Position numbers and translations under genes: made by a program
Notes under the pieces: model-generated
The model's input: the letters and a program-made list of their open reading frames with translations, nothing else
Told to the model about the DNA's origin: nothing
Database searches by the model: none
Shown here: in pieces, positions 36,062 through 48,800 of the stretch
Layout: every line of letters starts with the position of its first letter
Numbering within the stretch: position 1 is the first letter of the stretch
From: Macrostomum lignano
Lineage: Eukaryota
DNA: 64,000 nucleotides
Direction: 5' to 3'
Assembly: GCA_002269645.1 (NCBI GenBank)
Contig: NIVC01002001.1
Coordinates: 1-64,000, forward strand

Positions 36062-38312
36062 CATAAAATTTTAAACCACAAGAAGCTATAGAATGAGAGC
36101 TACAATTAAAAGTAACACTACTTTTGGGACACCCCTTGTATGATTACTTGCAGAATTTGATTTTGCAAAGTTTGCTTGCCAAGCCCAAAGATTGTTTACT
36201 AAAGTTTGCCAAAATAAATTTTTCCTACCAAGATAACCTACATTTGTATGTCATATATATTAATTCATATATATATAACAATTTTTTAAGTATTTTTTTA
36301 AGTATTTTTTAAGTTAAATTTTAAGTATTAACATTCTAATTAAAGCCAATGGATCAAACTTTTGTTATACTAAAGTATAACATAAGATAAAAACTAACAT
36401 ATCATAACATCTCATATGATAAGAACTCCAAGTTGTTAAATTTCTTTTTTTATTTCAAAGAAGAAATTCCTAATTTCAATGCTCTTTAGTGCTTTTAGTA
36501 TTAGGAATGGGTTTGAGGATTTTTAGGCTCCTGATCACATGATCAATAGGACCACTAATAGATACAGTCATTTAAAATATATAAATCTATGTATTATATC
36601 TTAGCAATATAATATTAAGTATAATATGTTGCTAAATGCTAATATATAATTATTGTTGAAAACTAACTTTGGTAAAATATAAGTTTAGGCAAACTTTTAT
36701 AAGCCACTTTTGGTTTGTAAAATTTAGTAGGAAAAATTTCTATAGGCAAACTTTGATAAGCAATTTTTGGTAGCCAATCTTTCAAAAGCAAATTTTATTT
36801 TAATTATTTTGTTATTTTTGTTATAAATTAATTTGTATAGGAAAATTTCAACACAGGTTATCTTTGGTTTGGCATTAAAATTTTAATGGGTTAAAAAACT
36901 TTTGCAAAAAAACTTAATGTAGGCAAATTTCTTATGGAAAACTTTTGTACTCCTAATGTAATACATAAATATAAAATATCCAATTGGCAATTGACCTATA
37001 ACTAAATACAAATACAATTTAAATAACTCATTTGAATTATTTTATTATAATAACAATTGCCATTGATAAGTTAAAATAAATACAAAGTAAACCAAATAGG
37101 CGCTAATACAAAATAAATATAGGCCTAATTCACAAATAAATGAATGCAAAATATAGCATTTGTGCACTTTTTGGCTCAGTCATATGCATTAGATATAAAT
37201 TATTTTGATTTAAAAATTGTGACCTTTTTTCAATGTTACAATGTATATAATACACTTCAGTGGCGCAGTAACAACCCAACTTGAAAATTTAGTCTATGTC
37301 AATGTACTTATCTGCTAGGCCTAACCTAGTAAAAGGCCTATATAGATTTATGTGAATGTCTTGACATTATAATTTGCATTGTTTATTAACTAGGCCTAAT
37401 GCATAATTAATTGTTTGGTAGGCCCTAGGCCTAGCGGCTAGCCTATGCAAATTAAATAAAAATATTGTTTCAAATTAAAGACACCTTAGACCAGCAATAC
37501 ACTTTCTATTCAAACTAGGCCTAGCATTAGTAAATTATAAATTATGTTTTTTTGAACCCATAAAAGTATATTCATTACAGACCACAAAAATTCTAGGACC
37601 TGCAATTCTAGGATCTGATTTGTCTGCTAGAAAAAAGTTGTTTCATCTGCCAGCAGACAAAAAAGGTGGCAGACAAAATCACAGCAGATCCCATTTTTAG
37701 CATTTATATTTTATTTAATTAGGCCTAAGCCTAGGGCCCTAGGCGCCTAGCTGCCTAGCCTAGTCCAAGACTTCAAGTTCTCTTGTCTTAGTTCTGCCTT
37801 TGGCCTTTAGATATATACTTACATTGCCATTTTAAACAGAAAAATATTTTAAAGAATTTATAATTTAATCATAGTCATAGACAATAAATGGACATACAAA
37901 CCTTACGAGATTTAGTATATTTAGATTAATAATGAAGTCAAATAATGACCGAAATTTTATAAAAATCTGACGCAGCATGCCAACATTCTGAGAGTGTTGG
38001 CTGTGTGTGACCGCCGGCGAATTGCGCAAATAATTTAGTTAAAACCGTGCGTGAAAACCAAGAAAAATAAAACAAAACCGTTTCTTTTTTATCTTTATAA
38101 TTCTCAACATACAAAATTTATTTCTTTTAAAACTAAACAGGTCTGTTTATTATTACCATTGAACATGGTTAATGTCTGGTTTTTGTTGACATACATGCAT
38201 GTCGTATGTACATTCTGAGAAAGTTTTCACATCTGACCTCAATTATACTTAAATCCTTAATTAAATGTCAATAAGTTCAATGAAGACTTGAAGTGAACAA
38301 AATTAATAACCT

Positions 38313-38710
38313 AAGTGTCTTCTCCAACGTCTCGGGTTCGACATCAACTGGGAGAAGAGCAGCGCCCCAGCCCAGACCGTCACCTTCATACCTCGCGGTG
38401 TGAACATCGACACGAGTTCTGGTTTGCTTTTCCTGCCCGATGATAAGATCGATCTGACGTCAACCTCATCCAGCAGATGAAGCTGAAGTCGCGGTAAACT
38501 AAGCGGGAGCTTCAGAAGCCGTGTGGCAAGATTAACTGGTGGTGCCAGGTAGGTCGCTCCTCCCCACGGTAGAAGTTTCCTGTGCAAACTTATCTCCAGA
38601 GTCAACTCACTAGCTCATCCTAGGCACTGCATCCGTATGGATGAGTCGCTGCGTGGCGAGCTGGAGTGGTGGAACCTGGCTATCCGCAAGCTGAATGGCC
38701 GCGAGCTCTA
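38313..38710 (+). mobile_element. Degenerate DIRS/Ngaro-type (tyrosine-recombinase retrotransposon) reverse transcriptase fragment
   Basis: Plus-strand translation across frameshifts: LLQRLGFDINWEKSSAPAQTVTF..GVNIDT...LFLPDDKI...KRELQK.CGKINW...PPHGRSFLCKLI...HCIRMDESLRGELEWWNLAIRKLNG. This matches the DIRS RT C-terminal pattern (LGF.IN.EKS, LP.DK, GR.FL, L.WW...NG). Confidence 0.8.
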
Positions 38711-39363
38711 GTCGGCCAGTATCGATCAACGAGTGGGTGCTGGAAAAAGAAACTGGCGCCCCCCTATAAAAAGCTGGTGATGAGGACGCACTTTTTCCCA
38801 AATCCCGCGCTAGCACATGGGCTCTAAACTTACTTGCCTACTAACAGTGGGCAGTGGGCATTTTTATCCTTTTTCTGCGAATTTTCATAGAATCTATACT
38901 AGATATAATGTCTGGCCATACTAGTAGTCATAATAACATAGGCGCAGCTTTTTGGGTCATAAATCATCGCTTTCGAAGCTGATCTGACAGCCACCTGCGC
39001 CTCACTCAGTGTTGAAGCGGGCGCCAGATGGTCTGAGAGGATGCGGGCGGTAGCTTTTTTCTCATCATTTTGACAGGCCATCAAGATTTATGAGGTCAGA
39101 GCCTATTGTTCGGATTCACTCAAGCGTGTGACAGCTTTGACAGCTATGCGTTTTACCCCTAAAAGTACCTTGGGATTAGCGATTAGCGATTTCTCTTCAT
39201 TATCTTCACTTTCTATTTAATAAGAGCTTTCTAATGTATATTTTTTCATTAATTTCTGTCAATCCTACGCGAAAAGTCATAAATCATTTTGTTGCGATTT
39301 TGAGTGATTTATGGCCGCACCTGTCATCTTTTTACGACCCTGTGGGAACTGATAGGATCTCTC

Positions 39364-39497
39364 GGTCACGTGATTCTGGGTAGCAACGAGCTTAGCCAAT
39401 CAGAAAATTCGGCGCTCATTTTAACAAAACGGCTCAGCCAATCAGAATCGACGTGTTCCGTTATAACAAACTGCGGTCCAGTTGGCGGCTATTTAAA
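39364..39497 (+). promoter_or_regulatory. Promoter-like cluster: E-box, two identical CCAAT boxes and a TATA-like element
   Basis: CACGTG at ~39367, AGCCAATCAGAA at 39394 and 39436, CTATTTAAA at 39489; no linked gene identified. Confidence 0.45.
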
Positions 39498-40524
39498 CCG
39501 GAGTTTTTGGCCCGCTCGGAGGCAACTTCTTCTTACTTTGGCTCGGGCCCAGCGCGCAACTTCTGGTTCCCGGAGCACGACCGTCGTTTCTTGATCCCCG
39601 GATTGCAACTTCCCCCATCATCATCAAGGACGAGTCCCCGGTCGACAGCAGCGAACATCCAGTTAAGAGCATCACCTGCTAGCTAACAGCGAAGATTGTG
39701 ACAGCATCATCCCGAGTCTACAGCTGCAGAGCATCGAGCCGATTCGGTCACTGTGGAATACCTGGTCTCCGGCTGTTGAGTTTCTGATTGGTTGGGTGAG
39801 AGGCTACCTAGACTTGCTTGATTGGGTGATCCCTTTTCTGTCCCCTGTTGCAGTAGCTGAATTAGGCGCACACTTTTGCTCATTTTGTTCAGTAGTGCTG
39901 TTGCTGAGGCAGGAATCATTCAATAATACTGCTAGTAGTCTAAGACTCCAATTCAATCTAAAGTGTGAAGTGAACTAAGGAGAAGGTTAAATCTAACAGT
40001 TATCTTTGTCGGCTTTATTTCTTTGTTCGCCGATGGCTCAGATGAGTAGCTAAGCTAGTAGGCGCCGGTCACAGTGGACCAATGGCAAGGCAGTTCTCAG
40101 TCGACCAATCTAACAAATCAGTGAGCAAAACTGCCAAAAGTGCAGAATCGGCGCCAGAGATGTACTTTGTGCACTCTAGGGTAGCCAAGCGGCTCGGGTA
40201 AATGAATCATGCGGTCTCTGAAGTTCGAGTTAGCCTATCATCAGCGCTATGAGAGGCTAGTTGGCGCGTTGAAGGCCAAAAGTACATATCTTCGTATTTA
40301 GCAATGTAATAGTACATGTAGCTACCCCATAGACTCGCCACCGCAAGAATCCCCTGCACAAGTCCCCTCTGTACCTGCATGGCCAACGCGATCTAGTCCC
40401 AGCAGTGTCCCTTATCATCGGCTATGACTTCGAGATTGACAGCAAAAAGACACTAGTTGGCAGGTAAGTGCAAAGCCCCTTCTAGTCGGAAGCCCGATTT
40501 CGAGAGTCCCGGTGTGGTGAGCCA

Positions 40525-40712
40525 CAGTGGCGCAACCAGGGGGGGGGCGGGGGGGGGCGGTCGCCCCCCCTTAGGCGGGGGACCGAAAAAAAATCAAAGG
40601 GGGGACCAAGCGAATTTTCGCCAAAAACAGAGCCACCCCTCCGCCGCCCCCCCTCCCGGGACTTTACCCTCAGAATCCGCCCCCCCTTGAAAAATTTCTG
40701 GTTGCGCTACTG
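40525..40712. mobile_element. 188-bp hAT-type MITE
   Basis: TIR CAGT(G/A)GCGCAACCAG at both ends; perfect 8-bp TSD GTGAGCCA at 40517-40524 and 40713-40720. Confidence 0.92.
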
Positions 40713-42210
40713 GTGAGCCAGGGCGCACGGGCTGGTGGCAGCAAGTTAGTTGATCTGCGGATTAGCTAATTTCTACTTTCAAAATTCTCCCTGCTCGTCT
40801 CTCGCTGTCCCTCTCTTAGCTATAGGACCTAGACTGCTCGCCACACGATCAAGCTACCATGGGGCTGACCATCTGACAGGAGTGGGGGGCCAGGTCTCTA
40901 ATTGATTTATTTCTGAGCCTGAGGCCCGAAGGCTTCCCTAACAAGGAGCCCGAAGGTCGAAACCCATCACTGGCGCCCCCTAACTCACGCCCCCCCCAAT
41001 CAAAATTCCTGGCTACGCCCCTGTTTGTGCCCACGTTCTGCGTTCGGTCTTCGTCACTCGCCTAACCTCTAAAAATAATTTATGTACATCGTCAGCCAGT
41101 AAAGCATGGGACAATGTCACAGGGCGCGTTTCAGAGCCTGGGCGCGAACGTAGGCCGCATGGTTAACTGCGAGTAGTCATACTAAATTATTTTAAGCAGT
41201 ATCCTTACATGTACTTTAATTTATCTGCTAGTAAAGAAGCCAAACTGACTGAAATTACATGCTCATGTACACAACATGAGCATGTAATTTACTAATTTAC
41301 TAACTAAATATACTAATTCAGCCACATTGTAATTCTAAAAAGTGTCATTGAGTGTGTGTACATGTACATTTTTAAATTCACACACTACATGTGTAGGTGC
41401 AATAATGCAGGATAACGTACTTTTAACGTAATTTTTCATATTTCACATGTGAATCCTTCGTACAGGTAATAAAACAATGCAGTCGTGTTGTCCCCCTTCA
41501 ATTCAAAATCAGGGTACGCGTGTACCATTTGCACCATGTTACATTAATGCGTCTTACTACATTACTGCATTAAATTACATACACCTGTACATGTATTGCA
41601 GCATAATGTGTAAATTTAACTAACAACTAAGAATTTACAAATAAAAGCACATGCAGATTAAAAAAGCGCGCATCATAGTCTACGAGCGTAATTGTTTGAA
41701 AATCAAATAAAAGGTGTAGCAGCTACATTGTACATGTGCATGTACTTTCAGTTTATTTGCTAGTTCGAATTCCAAGGTTAAAGTCAGAGAACACATGCAA
41801 ATCGTGTGCATATAGCTCATAACTAGCTAGCTACAGACAGGCTAGACAAACAAACACACCTGTACAAAACAAGACGCTTAGTTATTGCAAGTTTGCTAAA
41901 GTATTCATACGTATGCAATTGCAGCGAAGCCTATACTTCGGATCATAAGCTGCCAAAGTACCTAAACTTATTACTCTTAAGTAGTCCGGTGCCGATATAA
42001 TGTACATTTCGGTTAATAATTGCAAGAAGAAAATCATGATCAATGTTTGGAAGACACCAACCTAAGCTATAAAAGAAACAGAACAAAGAAGATATGCCGA
42101 CAGGTTTAAAAGAAGATGTAGGTGCAGTACAAGAAGGCATAGCAAAAATTTGAGTATGGAGTTTAATAGACTGAATATAAAACAATCAACAATTTGAAAC
42201 AGTTTTTATT

Positions 42211-42839
42211 CTACTTTTTTAGCCGCAGATCTAGCGGGCCGGTAGTTGCAGCAGTCTGTTGTTGCGGCGGAGGTGGCGGCGGAGGCGGCGGCGGCGGCGG
42301 AGGCGGCGGTTGCTGCTGAACCGAAGCCGACTGCTGCATCAGCTTGTGCAGCTGCTGTTGAAACGATTGCACAGTTGGCGACAAACCAAAGGCGGACGGA
42401 GCAGACGGAAAAGGCGGCGCAATCAGCGGCTGGTGATGATGATGAGGATGGTTGTGAGGATGAAGCGGCAACGTAGCAGCTGGAGGTGGTGGCAGGTAGA
42501 AAGGCAAGTCAGTCTGCCGATGATGTTGCTGCTGACGAAAGGAAGCGGCGGCTGCTGCGGCCATCTGTTGCTTCTGCTCGAGCTGTTGCTGCTGCTGACG
42601 ACGCAAGCAGAACTCCATAGCTTGCTCCCATATTTGTTCCTGTTGCTGCTGCTGCTGCTGCTGAGTGAGCATCGATGGCGGTGGTGCAGGAAGCCAGGGC
42701 GGCGGGAACAGTCCAGTAGGAACTGGCGGCAGCGGCGGTAGCGGCGGCAGAGGAGGAGGAGGGAATGAAGTCGCTAAAGTGGAAGAACATGTCGGAGCGG
42801 CCGCGGGAGTCTTGGCTGATGATGCGGCTTGAGTCTGAC

Positions 42840-42873
<34 letters not shown>

Positions 42874-45800
42874 AAGCTTCCTCGCCTGAGCAGCCGTTGA
42901 CGCGGCAGGTCGATGGCCATTCTTTCTTAGGTGAGTCTTCAACGAATGACAATACTTAGTTGCGTAGTTGCAATCCCGGCAACGATAATGACAAACGCTG
43001 CTGTGCGACTTCAGGTGCGAATTGAGCATGCTCCGGTTGACGCAACGATAGGAGCATTTGTCGCAATGGAACGGCTTCAGGTTGCCATGGTTACGCTCGT
43101 GATACTCCAGATGGTGACGGTATTCGGTGACAAATTCGCACAATTTGCATTGCAGCATCTTCTCCGGCTTGATGTGTAGGCGGGCGTGGCGCCAGAATAA
43201 CACCTGGCATGGGGGAGAGCACGAGTGACAGGTGCTTGAATGACAGTAAGTTTCAGTAAGTTTTTAATGTTTAGAAAGAAAAGAATAAATAATATCAAAA
43301 CTCAGTAGAGAGCGGGTATAGAGATGAAACCCAGTGGTGGTGGGCCAGCGCCACCTTGACATGATTAAAATGATGTGCCCCTTTGAGTCTTTGATTACGC
43401 GATTGAGTTTGAGGGGCGGATAAAGATTCAGATGAGGGCGGATAAAGATTCAGATAAGGGCGGATAAAGATTCAGATGGAGGCGGATAAAGATTCAGATG
43501 GGGGCGGATAAAGATTCAGATGGGGGCGGATAAAGATTCAGATGGGGCGGATAAAGATTCAGATGAGGGCGGATAAAGATTCAGATGGGGGCGGATAAAG
43601 ATTCAGATGGGGGCGGATAAAGATTCAGATGGGGGCGGATAAAGACTCAGATGGGGGCGGATAAAGATTCAGAAGGGGCGGATAAAGATTCAGATGGGGC
43701 GGATAAAGATTCAGAAGGGGTGGATAAAGATTCAGATGGGCGGCGGATAAAGATTCAGATGGGGGCGGATAAAGATTCAGAAGGGGCGGATAAAGATTCA
43801 GATGGGGCGGATAAAGATTCAGATGGGGGCGGATAAAGATTCAGATGGGGCGGATAAAGATTCAGAAGGGGTGGATAAAGATTCAGATGGGCGGCGGATA
43901 AAGATTCAGATGGGGGCGGATAAAGATTCAGAAGGGGCGGATAAAGATTCAGATGGGGCGGATAAAGATTCAGATGGGGGCGAGAAAAAGATTCAGATGG
44001 GGGCGGATAAAGATTCAGATGGGGGCGGATAAAGATTCAGAAGGGGTGGATAAAGATTCAGATGGGGGCGGATAAAGATTCAGAAGGGGCGGATAAAGAT
44101 TCAGATGGGGGCGGATAAAGATTCAGATGGGGGCGGATAAAGATTCAGAAGGGGGCGCATAAAGATTCAGATGGGGGCGGATAAAGATTCAGAAGGGGCG
44201 GATAAAGATTCAGATGGGGGCGGATAAAGATTCAGATGGGGGCGGATAAAGATTCAGAAGGGGGCGCATAAAGATTCAGATGGGGGCGGATATAGATTCA
44301 GATGGGGGCGGATAAAGATTCAGAAGGGGCTGATAAAGATTCAGAAGGGGCGGATAAAGATTCAGATGAGGGCGGATAAAGACTCAGAAGGCGACGGGTA
44401 GACTTCATAGACTATCTGAGAAATAAGGGATCAGTGTAGGGTGGCTATCAAATAATACAGAATGATGATAACCATTGCTAAAATGAAATACTATTTACAC
44501 ATTTGACATGCTATAGTAGTACTGTAGTAGTAAAGTTCTGCCTGAAAGTTTTTGTCAGCTAACTATCTTTTTTGATTTATTGACTTCCGCGCGAAAAAAA
44601 ACTTCCGCGTGTTTTTTGGTTTTTCGTTAATAATTGGCTTATGTATGTCATAGAGCTAGAACACCAATTCGTTTTAGTTTGGCCGGAAGCTTTGCTGCCA
44701 CTTGAGCTCTATGTAGAATTGGAGTTTTTTTAGGCAAACAAATCCTTCAGATGTATAATACTCGTAGATCAATGGTTTTAGTTATTGTTGCAAAGGTCAT
44801 ATTGACACCGAATAAAACACGAATTTTCAGCTTAACTGTGTGAATACGCAATTTTAATTGAACTGTGCTGCAGTCAGGAAAATACTTATAGCTGTTGATT
44901 CGTGTACTTATGTACGGTGTGAAGCTCTTGGAGGGCACTATGGCGGGTAAGGAATTAAGGAAGGGGCAAGCAGGGAAACTCAGGCAGAGGCTAACAGGGA
45001 AACTCAGGCAGAGGCTAACAGGGAAACTCAGGGAGAGGCTAACAGGGAAACTCGGGGAGAGGCTAACAGGGAAACTCAAGGAGGGACTAACGGAAACTCA
45101 GAGAGAGGCTAACAGGGAAACTCAGGGAGAGGCTAACAGGGAAACTCAGGGAGAGGCTAACAGGGAAACTTAGGGAGAGGCTAACAGGGAAACTCAAGGA
45201 GGGACTAACGGAAACTCAGGGAGAGGCTATAACAGGGAAACTCAGGGAGAGGCTAACAGGGGAACTCAGGGAGAGGCTAACAGGGGAACTCAGGGAGAGG
45301 CTAACAGGGAAACTCAGGCAGAGGCTAACAGGGAAACTCAGGGAGAGGCTAACAGGGGAACTCAGGGAGAGGCTAACAGGGAAACTCAGGGAGAGGCTAA
45401 CAGGGAAACTCAGGGAGAGGCTAACAGGGAAACTCAGGGAGAGGCTAACAGGGGAACTCAGGGAGAGGCTAACAGGGGAACTCAGGGAGAGGCTAACAGG
45501 GAAACTCAGGGAGAGGCTAACAGGGAAACTCAGGCACAGGCTAACAGGGAAACTCAGGGAGAGGCTAACAGGGAAACTCAGGGAGAGGCTAACAGGGAAA
45601 CTCAGGGAGAGGCTAACAGGGAAACTCAGGCAGAGGCTAACAGGGAAACTCAGGGAGAGGCTAACAGGGAAACTCGGGGAGAGGCTAACAGGGAAACTCA
45701 GGGAGAGGCTAACAGGGAAACTCAGGGAGAGGCTAACAGGGAAACTCAGGGAGAGGCTAACAGGGAAACTCAGGGAGAGGCTAACAGGGAAACTCAGGGA

Positions 45801-48800
45801 GAGGCTAACAGGGAAACTCAGGGAGAGGCTAACAGGGAAACTCAGGCAGAGGCTAACAGGGAAACTCAGGGAGAGGCTAACAGGGAAACTCAGGGAGAGG
45901 CTAACAGGGAAACTCAGGCAGAGGCTAACAGGGAAACTCAGGCAGAGGCTAACAGGGAAACTCAGGCAGAGGCTAACAGGGAAACTCAGGCAGAGGCTAA
46001 CAGGGAAACTCAGGCAGAGGCTAACAGGGAAACTCAGGCAGAGGCTAACAGGGAAACTCAGGCAGAGGCTAACAGGGAAACTCAGGCAGAGGCTAACAGG
46101 GAAACTCAGGCAGAGGCTAACAGGGAAACTCAGGGAGAGGCTAACAGGGAAACTCAGGGAGAGGCTAACAGGGAAACTCAGGGAGAGGCTAACAGGGAAA
46201 CTTAGGCAGAGGCTAACAGGGAAACTCAGGGAGAGGCTAACAGGGAAACTCAGGGAGAGGCTAACAGGGAAACTCAGGGAGAGGCTAACAGGGAAACTCA
46301 GGCAGAGGCTAACAGGGAAACTCAGGGAGAGGCTAACAGGGAAACTCAGGGAGAGGCTAACAGGGAAACTCAGGGAGAGGCTAACAGGGAAACTCAGGCA
46401 GAGGCTAACAGGGAAACTCAGGGAGAGGCTAACAGGGAAACTCAGGGAGAGGCTAACAGGGAAACTCAGGGAGAGGCTAACAGGGAAACTCAGGCAGAGG
46501 CTAACAGGGAAACTCAGGGAGAGGCTAACAGGGAAACTCAGGGAGAGGCTAACAGGGAAACTCAGGGAGAGGCTAACAGGGAAACTTAGGCAGAGGCTAA
46601 CAGGGAAACTCAGGGAGAGGCTAACAGGGAAACTCAGGGAGAGGCTAACAGGGAAACTCAGGGAGAGGCTAACAGGGAAACTCAGGCAGAGGCTAACAGG
46701 GAAACTCAGGGAGAGGCTAACAGGGAAACTCAGGCAGAGGCTAACAGGGAAACTCAGGGAGAGGCTAACAGGGAAACTCAGGCAGAGGCTAACAGGGAAA
46801 CTCAGGGAGAGGCTAACAGGGAAACTCAGGGAGAGGCTAACAGGGAAACTCAGTGAGGGGCTAACAGGGAAACTCAGGCAGAGGCTAACAGGGAAACTCA
46901 GGCAGAGGCTAACAGGGAAACTCAGGGAGAGGCTAACAGGGAAACTCAGGGAGAGGCTAACAGGGAAACTCAGGCAGAGGCTAACAGGGAAACTCAGGCA
47001 GAGGCTAACAGGGAAACTCAGGGAGAGGCTAACAGGGAAACTCAGGGAGAGGCTAACAGGGAAACTCAGGGAGAGGCTAACAGGGAAACTCAGGCAGAGG
47101 CTAACAGGGAAACTCAGGCAGAGGCTAACAGGGAAACTCAGGCAGAGGCTAACAGGGAAACTCAGGGAGAGGCTAACAGGGAAACTCAGGCAGAGGCTAA
47201 CAGGGAAACTCAGGGAGAGGCTAACAGGGAAACTCAGGGAGAGGCTAACAGGGAAACTCAGGGAGAGGCTAACAGGGAAACTCAGGGAGAGGCTAACAGG
47301 GAAACTCAGGGAGAGGCTAACAGGGAAACTTAGGCAGAGGCTAACAGGGAAACTCAGGGAGAGGCTAACAGGGAAACTCAGGGAGAGGCTAACAGGGAAA
47401 CTCAGGGAGAGGCTAACAGGGAAACTCAGGCAGAGGCTAACAGGGAAACTCAGGGAGAGGCTAACAGGGAAACTCAGGGAGAGGCTAACAGGGAAACTCA
47501 GGGAGAGGCTAACAGGGAAACTCAGGCAGAGGCTAACAGGGAAACTCAGGGAGAGGCTAACAGGGAAACTCAGAGAGAGGCTAACAGGGAAACTCAGTGA
47601 GGGGCTAACAGGGAAACTCAGGCAGAGGCTAACAGGGAAACTCAGGGAGAGGCTAACAGGGAAACTCAGGGAGAGGCTAACAGGGAAACTCAGGGAGAGG
47701 CTAACAGGGAAACTCAGGCAGAGGCTAACAGGGAAACTCAGGGAGAGGCTAACAGGGAAACTCAGGGAGAGGCTAACAGGGAAACTCAGGGAGAGGCTAA
47801 CAGGGAAACTCAGGCAGAGGCTAACAGGGAAACTCAGGCAGAGGCTAACAGGGAAACTCAGGCAGAGGCTAACAGGGAAACTCAGGCAGAGGCTAACAGG
47901 GAAACTCAGGCAGAGGCTAACAGGGAAACTCAGGCAGAGGCTAACAGGGAAACTCAGGCAGAGGCTAACAGGGAAACTCAGGCAGAGGCTAACAGGGAAA
48001 CTCAGGCAGAGGCTAACAGGGAAACTCAGGCAGAGGCTAACAGGGAAACTCAGGGAGAGGCTAACAGGGAAACTCAGGCAGAGGCTAACAGGGAAACTCA
48101 GGGAGAGGCTAACAGGGAAACTCAGACATTTAGATCCTACCTTATCCTGCGCCTGAAAGCTGCAGTGCCGACAGCGAAAGGTCCTCTCCTTGACTTGGAC
48201 CGGAACTACGTTTCCGCCGCCGCCGCCGCCGCTGACGCTACCACTTTCCTCTCTGTCGTAGTAGTCGGTAACTTCGTCGGCGCCAGCAGCGTGAGATTCG
48301 CTAGAAGTGGTTGGCATTAGCAACAGGTCACTAGATGAAGAAGCTGATTTCTGTTGCTGCTGAACGATGTCGGAATCTGCAGAGTAACAATGATGTCGAT
48401 AGCTAAGCATATACCGTGAAAGTTTTGCTGGAGAAAGATTTTTACAGCTTTTGCTTGTTCAAACAATTAATAATCATTTCAAATTGATAAATTTCTAACA
48501 CCATGGGTATGGCTATTATATATAGAAAAGTTGTGGTTAACCATCAGTGCAACAACAACATTGCTGAAGGGAGATGCAGTAAAATAAATGACAAGTTTTT
48601 CAATCAGATTTCAAACAACACAGAATAGTCTGCAGGAAGTTGTCAGATATAGGCCATAAACCAAAATTATATCAGGAAAAGCTTTGGAAGTTGCCGCAAC
48701 ACCCCCGATTCCGATTCGAAAAAAGCAGTAAATGCATAAAAATGGCTGTCGCACTGCAACTGTGGACCTGACGCCGCGGGGACAACAATAAGGCCTCTCT

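Noticed and set aside
38720-39090. Possible tyrosine recombinase remnant after the DIRS RT (LFPKS..., GARWSE)
   Set aside because: Catalytic R-H-R-Y motifs are not identifiable; too degenerate to call.
40083-40462. Coding-like pieces (MARQFSVDQ...; TRHRKNPLHKSPLYLHGQRDL... ending at a GTAAGT donor)
   Set aside because: Could not be joined into a phase-consistent gene and no domain was recognised.
41740-42210. Nanos/Pumilio response element in the hunchback 3' UTR
   Set aside because: Only a near-match TGTACATT (about 41998-42005) and one TGTACATA far downstream (41081-41088); no paired box A/box B, and TGTA words are common in this region.
45216-48140. 1064-aa ORF continuing hunchback exon 2 as (SFPVSLSL)n
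   Set aside because: Stop-free 24-bp satellite within an intron; the 48141-43203 splice is needed to complete zinc finger 1.
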